A stretch of 64,000 bases of DNA from Planctomycetota bacterium (GTDB lineage Bacteria; Planctomycetota; UBA8108; SXIK01): positions 4,608,001-4,672,000 of the forward strand of contig OZ244999.1 in assembly GCA_965223265.1 (NCBI GenBank), given 5' to 3'. Positions 1 to 8,716 of this stretch are shown in pieces; the first letter of the stretch is position 1; each line of letters starts with the position of its first letter. Under the pieces are notes generated by a model. It was given only the letters and a program-made list of their open reading frames with translations, was not told the DNA's origin and ran no database searches. The translations under genes and the position numbers were made by a program.

Positions 1-201
1 CTCTACCGGCTCTGACCGAGACCAAAGGAACTCTTCGGAGGGAGAATTGGCGGCGAACCGTTTCGCCAAACGGTTCCCCCATGCGGTTGCCTGGTCTTCC
101 GCTTTCGCTTCAATCACAAGGCATGCCACCCACTCGTTGTCCTGATCGTCGGGCGCAGCAGAAGTGTTTCTGAACCAAGCTGTGAACAAGTAGTCCTTCA
201 T
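1..201 (-). CDS. hypothetical protein, 5' part (runs off the left edge of the window)
   Basis: Hand translation from ATG at 201: MKDYLFTAWFRNTSAAPDDQDNEWVACLVIEAKAEDQATAWGNRLAKRF..., open to position 1. GGGAG lies upstream. It follows 221..853 on the same strand after a 19-nt gap. Not in the ORF track because it has no stop in the window. Confidence 0.65.
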   Translation of the reverse strand, partial: MKDYLFTAWFRNTSAAPDDQDNEWVACLVIEAKAEDQATAWGNRLAKRFAANSPSEEFLWSRSEPVE

Positions 202-220
202 TGCTGCCGCTCCCATTTGA

Positions 221-853
221 TCAGCACCACCGCCTCCCGAGTCCCCTGGAGATCAGTTCACCGTCCTTAAACTCACCCCAAGCCAACCAGTCCAGGGATG
301 CGACGGAGATCGCGTCGTCGATGAGACTCGCCGCCCAGGCTGGAACCCAAGAAACGATGGCTTGGTGTCCAGCGTCGTACCCGATCCAGGTGTCCAACGG
401 AGGAGTCTCGTCAAGGCAGCCATCGTAGCCATCTCCGATGAACCTCTGAGACTCTTCATGACTGACGTCACCGCCGAGCGAATAACCGAGAACGGTCAGG
501 AGGACTGCTCGGGGACGACGCAGCTGGTCCGGGACTCGTTCGGCAGGAAAGGGGGACAGTCCCTGTCGCTCAATCAATCTCCCCCGTTCTTGTTGAAACG
601 CCTGAAACACCTCCTCCCCTGACGGACGGCGACCCGACGGAAACTCCGAGAGTTCTCCGTTTGCGACAACTGCGATCTCTTGAAGAGCCGAGTCGCGGAA
701 CACGGTCGCGATGCGATCGTCTGGCGGTCTGGCAACGACGTGGGCGGCGCAAAGCGTGAGCGCCTGTTGGGCACCTTCCAAAAGATCGTCAAGTCGCGTC
801 GGCATCGGCAGCTCGTTTCGATAGTCCTCGACGTATTCTACCAGGCTGTCCAC
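221..853 (-). CDS. hypothetical protein
   Basis: 210-aa ORF of globular composition with PPLDTWIGY...IVSWVP...WLAW; operon-like spacing with the gene at <1..201. True start may be the internal Met (MPTRL). Confidence 0.6.
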   Translation of the reverse strand: MDSLVEYVEDYRNELPMPTRLDDLLEGAQQALTLCAAHVVARPPDDRIATVFRDSALQEIAVVANGELSEFPSGRRPSGEEVFQAFQQERGRLIERQGLSPFPAERVPDQLRRPRAVLLTVLGYSLGGDVSHEESQRFIGDGYDGCLDETPPLDTWIGYDAGHQAIVSWVPAWAASLIDDAISVASLDWLAWGEFKDGELISRGLGRRWC

Positions 854-1546
854 GGCTCAGCTTGCGATCCTCGGGGATGGATCACCCAGAGCATCAGTGC
901 CGCATCGATTAGTGCACACCGCCCCCCTCATCCCTTGGTCCCTTCTCCCTGGGATTCCGTTGTCCCTTGATTCGTAGAATTAACGGAAAGAGAAAGGAAG
1001 CAGCCTCCTGATCAGCAAAGGACTGAACCAAGGAAGCAGTAACAAGAGAGTGCGGTCCCGCTATCCGGTGCAATACCGTTCGGGCTCCTCACACGCAACG
1101 AGAGGTGGTGATCCAGATCCTCGGGCAGCGAGCCATACTGGCGCGACTTCAGTCGCCGCAGACGATTCACCCGTAGGTGGTCCAATTATCGGAGGTAGCG
1201 GGGAACCCCTCGCCGGGTCTTGCTCCCTGGGTCACTGGGGACGGGGTGGATACCGTTTTGCCCCTCCACTTTTTGTCTGCGCGTGGATCGGTCCTCTTCG
1301 CACTCCTCGGTGTCCCTTACCCTCGACGGGTACCAGCCGAATTTCGTCCGAGCCGACCACTGGGTTTTCACCGGGAGCGTCTGTAACCGTCGTGGTCCAG
1401 ACTACCCATCCACTTCCTTCAGATTCTGAGCGTTCGGAGGAAGAGTCGAGTGACAGCGTTTCAATCTCTCCTCGGTTGACGGAATCAACGAGATCGCCTC
1501 ATTGGAAATGAATGTATTCGCTTCAGGTTCCGCCCCTGGGGCTTAG

Positions 1547-1705
1547 CAGCCCGTTGAAAAAGTCATTCGGCCGAGAAACCGGCCTCTTCACGCCCAGCTC
1601 GACCGCGTCAATACTCGAAAATCTCGGAGATTACCTGCGTTTGCCGCGGCCGATCTGGACGCGAAGAGACCAGTTTTCGGCTCGAAGCACTTTTTCAACA
1701 GGCTG
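1547..1705. mobile_element. MITE (159 bp) with IS5-family-type ends
   Basis: Terminal inverted repeats CAGCCCGTTGAAAAAG / CTTTTTCAACAGGCTG (15/16 match) extend into ~60-bp imperfect arms. Flanked by direct TTAG at 1543-1546 and 1706-1709, which fits a YTAR target duplication. No transposase inside. Confidence 0.8.
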
Positions 1706-1711
1706 TTAGGC

Positions 1712-1886
1712 GAGCAGGATGTCTACTACCCCCTCCTCTCGTGGGGGTCCACCTGCTCGATGAGTTTCCCAGGGACGCGAGCACTCGGCGTCGATCGCCC
1801 GATAGAGTCCTACGGTCGGAGGCTTGGTGAACAGGATGTCTACTACTCACGCCGCGACGTGAATCCACCTGCTCGACGAGTTCCCC
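1712..1886 (-). repeat. two direct repeats (~117-nt period), each a hairpin with a conserved internal loop and a different inner stem
   Basis: Unit 1: GAGCAGG-ATGTCTACTA-CCCCC-N9-GGGGG-TCCA-CCTGCTC (1712-1758). Unit 2: GAACAGG-ATGTCTACTAC-TCACG-N6-CGTGA-ATCCA-CCTGCTC (1829-1874). Both are followed by GAYGAGTTYCCC. Confidence 0.65.
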
Positions 1887-2685
1887 GCTTTTGCAGAACT
1901 GAGCGCTCTAAGCGGACCTGCGTGTGAGGTATGTCAGAATTCGATGATCGCCTCCAAAAAACGCAGCCGTCGGCACTGGGAGGCGACCACCAGCACGGAC
2001 GGCTTACAGAAGATTCTTCCTCCACTCGATCTTTCTCGATCGCCTCGGATCGGGGAGGTGACAGTCTTGTTCGGGATGCAGTGCGACTAAGACGACGCAC
2101 GACGTATGCTTCTATTGTCTCCCCATCTCGACGCGCTGTCGAACGAGCAGCGATTCGTTCTGCCGCCAGGGGAAGGACTGCGACATAGAGAGCAAATCAT
2201 AGTGCGGTTAAGAGCAAACGTTCAGTCGCGCTCAGCAACAGTTTCATGGGGGGCGTTTACGGCAAAGCTCAACTGAGCTGGATTCGATCCGCAAGCGGCA
2301 AGGGAGTCACGATGGCAAGAACGCACTATAGGGATTAACCGCCACCTCGTGCCAAACTGCGGCAGATGAGGAAGAAACGCGACGGACAACCGGTCGTCGT
2401 AACTGCTGCTGCTACTGGTTCGACGACCTATGGCATCAATCGGACACCGGCAGACGGACCCCGACGAACACTGCGGGTGATCGCCACGTTTACCTTCGAG
2501 CCCGCTCTCACATTTCGCTTCGCGAAGCACGTCGGATTGAGGGGCTGCCGTTGTCCACTATCTGTACATACGCGTCGCCGTTCTTGTGTCGCCAATTCTT
2601 CGGAATATTTGACAGATGTTAGCCTCTGTGCCATTATTTAGTGGCGTTTGCGTCCGCTAAATGGGTCGAACAAGCGAGGAGATTC

Positions 2686-3375
2686 GTGGCACAAGAGGCA
2701 GTTTCTTACCTCCGGGTCTCCGGGACCGGTCAGGTTAGCGGTGACGGCTTTCCTCGTCAGCGCGATGCCGTTAACCACTTCGCGGAAGCACGCGGAATGG
2801 TAATCGAGGAGGAGTTCCGAGACGAGGGCGTCAGCGGCACTACCGAGCTGGAGAACCGTTCCGGGCTCGCTGCGTTGATCGACAAGCTCGAATCGAACGG
2901 CGTTCGTACCGTTCTGGTCGAGAACGCGACGAGGCTCGCCAGAGACCTCATGGTCGGCGAGGTCATCCTCGGACAGTTCCGATCGCTGGGCGTCCAAGTC
3001 TTTGACTCGTCAGGCAACGAGCTAACGGCTGGCGACGACGACCCCACTCGAAAGCTCATACGCCAGGTTCTCGGAGCCGTGGCGGAGTTCGAGAAGTCTG
3101 TCACGGTCCTGAAGCTGCGCGCCAGCAGAGAGCGCATACGGCGCAGGGAAGGACGCTGCGAAGGGCGCAAGCCTTTCGGCTTCTACCCCGGCGAGGCAGC
3201 GACTCTGCGCGAGATGAAGCGCCTGTACCGCAAGAATCCAAAGACTGGACGGCGGCGGAGTTGTGCTGTCATCGCCGCAGAATTGAATCGGCTAAGGCTG
3301 TCTACGCGGTCCGGGCGACCTTGGAGTCGCGGGTCGGTTCACGCGATCCTGAATCGTCCCGCCGCTCGACGCTGA
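2686..3375 (+). CDS. serine recombinase (resolvase domain plus short C-terminal Recombinase domain)
   Basis: Catalytic YLRVS motif, DEGVSGT, R-x-GL and TRLARD; C-terminal GRKPFGF...IAAELN...TRSGRPWSRGSVHAIL. GTG at 2686 follows an AGGAG RBS (ORF track starts at 2641). Confidence 0.9.
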   Translation: MAQEAVSYLRVSGTGQVSGDGFPRQRDAVNHFAEARGMVIEEEFRDEGVSGTTELENRSGLAALIDKLESNGVRTVLVENATRLARDLMVGEVILGQFRSLGVQVFDSSGNELTAGDDDPTRKLIRQVLGAVAEFEKSVTVLKLRASRERIRRREGRCEGRKPFGFYPGEAATLREMKRLYRKNPKTGRRRSCAVIAAELNRLRLSTRSGRPWSRGSVHAILNRPAARR

Positions 3376-3830
3376 GTCGCCAACGAACGCTTAATCGGGT
3401 CCCCCCTCGGAGAGGGGAAGGGCTACACATCTCTCCAGGGGAAAAACGGTGCCACGTGCTCGACGGGACGGGGAGTTCCCGGACTGGGGAGAGAGTTCTT
3501 ACATCAGAGCAGAGATCGAGGGCGAGGTCCGTCTCCAGAACCGCCTGAATCAATAGCGGTGCTTGATAACGACAAGCACTACCTCGAGCAACCACATGCT
3601 CGATCCTCGATTAATCGAGTTCTTCGGCGGCAATTGGCCAAAGCGGGCTCCGTAACAGTTTGCTGCCGACCCGGAGCACGGGTAGTGGCGCTTGATCGTT
3701 CTGATAAGAGACGACTTGTGTTCAGCGGTGTGACGTTGCTGGATTCGTAAAGATTTTTGCCGTTCCGTCGGTCGAAAACTCAAGAAGGGTGATAGAGAGG
3801 GCAGTCCCAAAAGTCTGTCGAGGGTGTGTC

Positions 3831-5153
3831 ATGACGATACTCAGTGACGTAACGGCGGCCAGTCAAGAGAGAAGAAGTGAAAGGGATCAAGAGGCACACG
3901 AGGGATTTCGAAACAATTTCGACCGCGACCGGGCCAGGATCGTGCACTCTTTTGCCTTTCGTCGGCTACAAGCAAAGACACAGGTCCTTGGGATCGGGGA
4001 GGGCGACTTTCACCGCACGCGCCTCACGCATTCGATGGAAGTAGCTAACATCGGGCGTGGAATCGTACACAAGATTCTCGATGACCCCAAAGCTCGTGAT
4101 ACGGCCAAGCTCGACGTTGACCTGATCGAGGCAATTGCGTTTGCCCACGATCTTGGACATCCACCGTTTGGGCATTCAGGCGAGATCGCGTTGAACTACG
4201 CGATGAGGGAGAGCGGAGGATTCGAAGGCAACGGTCAAACGCTTCGCATCCTCTCCACCTTGGAGCCACGAACACACGCGTACGGCCTGGATCTGACAAG
4301 ACGCACGCTGCTCGGTGTGCTCAAGTACCCAGCGAAGTACGGCTCTGTTCGTCGCCTTGAGCTGCCGAGAATCCCAGAGTCTGGCGCCAAGTTGATAGCG
4401 TCCGAGTGGAAACCTCCGAAATGCTACCTCGACACCGAAAAGGAGGTAGTTGAATGGTTGCTGGAACCAGCAGACGGCTCTGAGAGGGAACGCTTTTTTG
4501 ATTCCTCTGAACCAGGAAAGGAACAGCACGGAAAAAGTTCCAGAAAGTCCTTGGACTGCTCCATCATGGATCTTGCCGACGAGATTGCATACGGAACACA
4601 CGATTTGGAAGACTGCATCGAGCTGCGCATCGTCAAAGAGGACCAGTTTGCCTCTGAACTAAAAGATAAGCTGGATACCGCCTGGGCCAAGGAACACGAG
4701 CTAACGTCCATCGCCGAGAGGCTATTCTCCATGGAGAATTCGTCTTTACGTAAAGAGGCCGTCAGCTCTCTCGTCAGAGCGTTGGTGGCATCCACCACCC
4801 TGGTCAAGGACGATGCTGGAGGTTGTCCTCTCTTGTTCGACAAGGTCTCTCTTCACGAAGAAGCAAGGGTACTACTCGATGGTCTAATCGATCTGATCAA
4901 GAAGTACGTTCTAAGCGCGAGGCAAGTTCAAACGCTGGAGTACCGGGGACGTCAAATGTTGGTCGCGATCTTCGGCGCGATCCAATGCGAACCCGAAAAG
5001 CTCCTACCCGACACACACGTCAAGCGGCTGGAGAGTGATCCCAGCGAGCGCGTAATCTGCGACTACATTGCCGGAATGACGGACGGATTCGCGATGAGAA
5101 TGTACGAGCGTCTTTTCCTCCCAAGAGCTGGAAGCCTGTTCGAAAGGATATAG
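3831..5153 (+). CDS. dgt: deoxyguanosinetriphosphate triphosphohydrolase (dGTPase, HD family)
   Basis: Motifs FDRDRARIVHSFAFRRLQAKTQV, RTRLTHSMEV, AHDLGHPPFGHSGE, FEGNGQTLRIL, MDLADEIAYGTHDLED and CDYIAGMTD. ATG at 3831 taken as the start (ORF is open from 3789). Confidence 0.93.
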   Translation: MTILSDVTAASQERRSERDQEAHEGFRNNFDRDRARIVHSFAFRRLQAKTQVLGIGEGDFHRTRLTHSMEVANIGRGIVHKILDDPKARDTAKLDVDLIEAIAFAHDLGHPPFGHSGEIALNYAMRESGGFEGNGQTLRILSTLEPRTHAYGLDLTRRTLLGVLKYPAKYGSVRRLELPRIPESGAKLIASEWKPPKCYLDTEKEVVEWLLEPADGSERERFFDSSEPGKEQHGKSSRKSLDCSIMDLADEIAYGTHDLEDCIELRIVKEDQFASELKDKLDTAWAKEHELTSIAERLFSMENSSLRKEAVSSLVRALVASTTLVKDDAGGCPLLFDKVSLHEEARVLLDGLIDLIKKYVLSARQVQTLEYRGRQMLVAIFGAIQCEPEKLLPDTHVKRLESDPSERVICDYIAGMTDGFAMRMYERLFLPRAGSLFERI

Positions 5154-5256
5154 ATCGAAAGCTCTTCGCTCTTCGAGGTGTTGGAGATTCCGTTCCCTCG
5201 ATAGATTGTTTTGACCGCTGAGTCAGAACGACCCGGAAACGACCCTCATCGAAAAC

Positions 5257-5284
5257 GGGACTCCCGACCGAAGTCGTAAGTCCC
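5257..5284. other. stem-loop downstream of the tRNA fragment
   Basis: Minus strand GGGACT-TA-CGAC-TTCG-GTCG-GG-AGTCCC (UUCG tetraloop), lying between the convergent dgt gene and the tRNA fragment. Confidence 0.5.
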
Positions 5285-5326
5285 TTTCGTTTCCTGCTCA
5301 AGCCTCGCCTCAACCAACCTGGCGAT

Positions 5327-5368
5327 TCAAGTTGGGAAGCTGACGCTCTACCACTGAGCTACACCCGC
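5327..5368 (-). tRNA. tRNA-Gly(CCC) 5' fragment (disrupted; likely att junction)
   Basis: Minus strand GCGGGTG TA GCTC AGTGGTA GAGC G TCAGC TTCCCAA gives acceptor 5' strand, D arm and CCC anticodon loop. It continues CTTGAATCGCCAGGTTGGTTGAGG, with no GGTTCGA T-loop and no CACCCGC acceptor 3' strand. Confidence 0.8.
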
Positions 5369-5443
5369 ACAGTTGGTCTGCCGAGAATCTTATCCCGGTC
5401 GGCACAGGGCAGCAAGCGGTTGTTTCAACCGGAGCTGGACGCC

Positions 5444-6833
5444 TCACTCTTCTTCAGCCGGACTGTCCAACCGCTCGGCGGCTATGTCCCGCCAGATCTG
5501 CCTCTCCGTCAAGAACCCCAAATGACCACTGTCTGTGAACGCACGATACGTCACCCGGTCCCCACACAGCGTGACGAGTTCCCGAAAGGCGGTCGGCGGG
5601 CAAAAAGAGTCGTGAGCACTTGAGTAAAGAAAAAACTTGAGCTCTGGATTCGCGCTCAGGCCGGCGAGAACGTCGGCGGGTGTGACCGGATCTGTAGCCG
5701 TGATCGGGAAAGAATCGGACTCGCGGCGACTCGTCCCGCGGAAGGACACGTGCGCGCGCCTCCTCTCCGAGTAGCCACGTGTTGACGTCAATCCCTTCAG
5801 AATCTTCAGACTTGAGTCGCTTGAACAGGCGATGATAGAAGCGAGACAATGACCGATCTTCGGGAGCGTAGCATTCGATACGATTGGCGATCACGTTGAG
5901 AACATCCGCTTGCCCGCCACCAAAGAAGTGGAGGCCGATCCTTTCGGCTGTTGTCTTAAGCTCATCTTTGTTCAGTTGCCCCTTCTCGTCCAAAAGTCGA
6001 CCGAGATTGTCATGAATGCCAGGCCAGTACGCACGAACGCCAAGAAACAACCCGACGGAATCCAGTGTGTTCGATCCGCAGACTTCGGATTCTCCTGTGG
6101 TCAAACAACCATCGACCTGCTCCCAGACTTGGCTCAACAGTGTCCGATCGTTGGGGTAGCGCTCGAAATACTCCTGCAACACTTTGTCATGCATACGCAG
6201 GCGCTGGAGCGGCAACCTGGAGTTGTCAGTCTGCACGACCCATCCATGTGCGTAAGCTGAATTCAGATGACGTGGAGCCATGGCCACGTACCGCTGAACT
6301 GCGAGTGCGCCAAAGCTATTGCCGTACACCGACCACTTTGAGTCGACTCCCAAAACTTTGACCCGGACAGCCTCTGCGTCGCGCACAATTGCGCGCGTCA
6401 GATAGTTCGAAAAACGCGGCAAGTTTTCTGTCGACACCTCCGGAAGAGGACTCGAGCATCCGGTTCCGCGCTGATCCATGAATACGAAATCAAACTGCGA
6501 AAAGTCCTCTCCGAGGGTCTGCTTCAGTGGCGGAATCGACTCATGCGACGAAACGCCCGGACCGCCGTTTAGAAAGAGGAGCGGGTGGAGCGGCTTCGTC
6601 TCCTTCCCTCGCCAGTAGTAGAACACCTGGAGTTTTGGTCCTTCCGGCGCGTCCCAGTCCTCCGGGACGGTGACCCAGTCGAAAGAATATCCCGGGGGCA
6701 AATTGGCAATCAACGCAGTCTGCTCGACAGTCAACTCGTGGACCAGAGGCCGCGGTGGGTCTTGAGCCAAAGACGGCAAACAGAGGAGGCAGGCGAAGAT
6801 GGTGGACACCAGACAAAGGTTCGCTCGATTCAT
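5444..6833 (-). pseudogene. exported alpha/beta hydrolase (proline iminopeptidase/S33-like) with one frameshift near 5720-5770
   Basis: ATG at 6833 with GAGGA RBS and a signal peptide; motifs LNGGPG, DQRGTGCS and G-N-S-F-G nucleophile. The catalytic Asp (HDSFCP) and His (SGHLG) lie in the neighbouring frame, ORF 5444..5791. Could be a sequencing error rather than a true pseudogene. Confidence 0.75.
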
Positions 6834-7062
6834 GGGTTGTTCCTCACAGATCGTGCCCTTTACGTAGCAGACGCCACCGGACGGGAGCGATGAATCGCCA
6901 CCGAGCTGCTGCGGCAAAACGCACGTGTCCTGCCGCGAAGCTTCAGAATATAGTTGCAAAGTGAACCTGTCGATCGCGAATCGATCGGCTCCCAACTCCG
7001 CGCCTCCGGACGAGGCGAGGAAGTGTTACAAGGGTCGCGTCACTACAAAAAATGAGACGGGA

Positions 7063-8697
7063 ATGGCGGGTTCTAACCGAAGGGTTCCTCGGGACTCTCG
7101 CGATCTCCTCGAACGACTCGAAGCCGTGATGACCGGCCGGGCCGAGAAGTCGAGACACGAGGAAGTCCTAAATCTGATCACGTCGTTAGCTCGCAGCGGC
7201 GACCATGTCGCCGCTGTGTGCCTGCTTCCTCTCTGTTTTCACTCCAACCGAAACCTTTCGTTCGCAGCCGCTGCGGCGATCAGAAGACTGCTCACTGGTC
7301 TCACTCCGCTCGAATTCGTCGATCTTGACCATGCGATGCGAAGCGAGACTCCGATCGGCGCGGTTGTGATGCGCGCCTCTCCGTTTGGACCGGAGGGGGT
7401 CGCCAAGCTGGATGTTCCCGAGGACGACGCTCCGTTCGTTCTGGGTCTCCTGAGCTCGCATCTTGACGGTCACGTGCGTGAGGCGGCACTGAGGAAGCTC
7501 TCACACGGTCGCAGTGGACACGAGCTACCATTCGTTCTCATCCGGCTGAACGACTGGGTACCACAGGTGCGGGCGGTCGCCCGCAAAGCTCTTTTCGAAC
7601 GGCTCGTTCCTTCGTACGCAGAGCACTTCGTCGCCTACCTGCCGCTGGTTCTTCGCCTGCGAGAGTGCAGCCGTGCGGAACACAACGACGCGCTGCGAGA
7701 AGTCGAGCACCTCGTCGTATCACATGGGAGTGCCGAGGCGCTTCGTCACGGCTGCCAAGTCGACGACCGTGAAGTCCGACGAACGTGCTACCGGCTTGCG
7801 GCCGCAAGTCACCTACTGGAGCTCTGCGTCCAGGGGATTGACGACAGCGACTCCGGCATCAGATTCCTCTGCGCGAAAGTCCTCCTGCAAGAGTCCTCTT
7901 CGCGTCCCAAGCTCGCGTCGCTGATCGCGCGGCTTCTCGACGACCCGTTCATGCCCGTCAGACGCGCGGCGATCCGCGCGACGATCGCTCGGTTTCCCGA
8001 GACGGCAGAGAAACGCTTGTACGAGGGTCTCTTGGACCCAAGCGCCGCCATTCGCGACGTCTCGGCGTTCGAGTTACGCAAACGCGTCGACATCGATTTC
8101 GGCGAATTCTATCGGGAGCAGCTGAAGACAACCCAAGGAAGGCGTTTGGCCGCGGCGATTCTGGGAATCGGCAGGTACGGCCATAGAGACGATGTTCCGG
8201 CCCTGGTGGAGACGTATCACCGCAGCACGTCTCGCGCGCGGCAGGCGGTCCTGCGAGCGATCTCGCTCCTTGCCAGGGAGAGCCACACGGATCTGTTCAT
8301 CACGGCACTGCTTTCCCCACTGGCAGGGGTTTCACGGCAAGCGCGAGACGTTCTGGCGCCGCAAGCCGCCGAGGTGCAGCCGGACGCATTGAAGCTTGCG
8401 CTCCTGATCAATCCACACGCACATGTGCGAAAGAATGCGCTCGGAGTCTTAAGGAATCGCAGCAAATATGATGGGCTGTACTACACCTTACTGGCGATCC
8501 GGGACCGGGAGCGGAGCGTGCGAGACACGGCGCGACAGTTCGTCTCGCAGTGGATCCAGAACTACAATCGCAGTTTCGTCAAACCCACACGCGAAGAAGT
8601 GGAACGTCTGAGGGTGGCGTTTGAGGAGAGCGGGACCTACTTGCCACGGAACGCTGCTGTGCAGCTGGAGTTCCTCGTGCGACCGCTGACGAAATGA
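7063..8697 (+). CDS. HEAT/PBS-lyase repeat protein
   Basis: Repeated D-x-x-VR-x-x-A helical motifs (DGHVREAAL, LNDWVPQVR, DDREVRR, DDPFMPVRRAA, DPSAAIR, DRERSVR). Start taken at ATG 7063 (ORF open from 6925). Confidence 0.8.
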   Translation: MAGSNRRVPRDSRDLLERLEAVMTGRAEKSRHEEVLNLITSLARSGDHVAAVCLLPLCFHSNRNLSFAAAAAIRRLLTGLTPLEFVDLDHAMRSETPIGAVVMRASPFGPEGVAKLDVPEDDAPFVLGLLSSHLDGHVREAALRKLSHGRSGHELPFVLIRLNDWVPQVRAVARKALFERLVPSYAEHFVAYLPLVLRLRECSRAEHNDALREVEHLVVSHGSAEALRHGCQVDDREVRRTCYRLAAASHLLELCVQGIDDSDSGIRFLCAKVLLQESSSRPKLASLIARLLDDPFMPVRRAAIRATIARFPETAEKRLYEGLLDPSAAIRDVSAFELRKRVDIDFGEFYREQLKTTQGRRLAAAILGIGRYGHRDDVPALVETYHRSTSRARQAVLRAISLLARESHTDLFITALLSPLAGVSRQARDVLAPQAAEVQPDALKLALLINPHAHVRKNALGVLRNRSKYDGLYYTLLAIRDRERSVRDTARQFVSQWIQNYNRSFVKPTREEVERLRVAFEESGTYLPRNAAVQLEFLVRPLTK

Positions 8698-8716
8698 CCG
8701 CTCACGCTCCTGCCAC

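Noticed and set aside
1050-1511. 153-aa plus-strand ORF
   Set aside because: S/G/P-rich, no recognisable motif or convincing RBS; probably spurious.
1712-1886. CRISPR array
   Set aside because: Only two units, with the variable part inside the hairpin; no cas genes in the window.
1843-2641. Several short overlapping ORFs on both strands
   Set aside because: No motifs and mutually overlapping; none can be supported.
5295-5368. Intact tRNA-Gly
   Set aside because: No T arm or acceptor 3' strand; the anticodon stem has a C-C mismatch.
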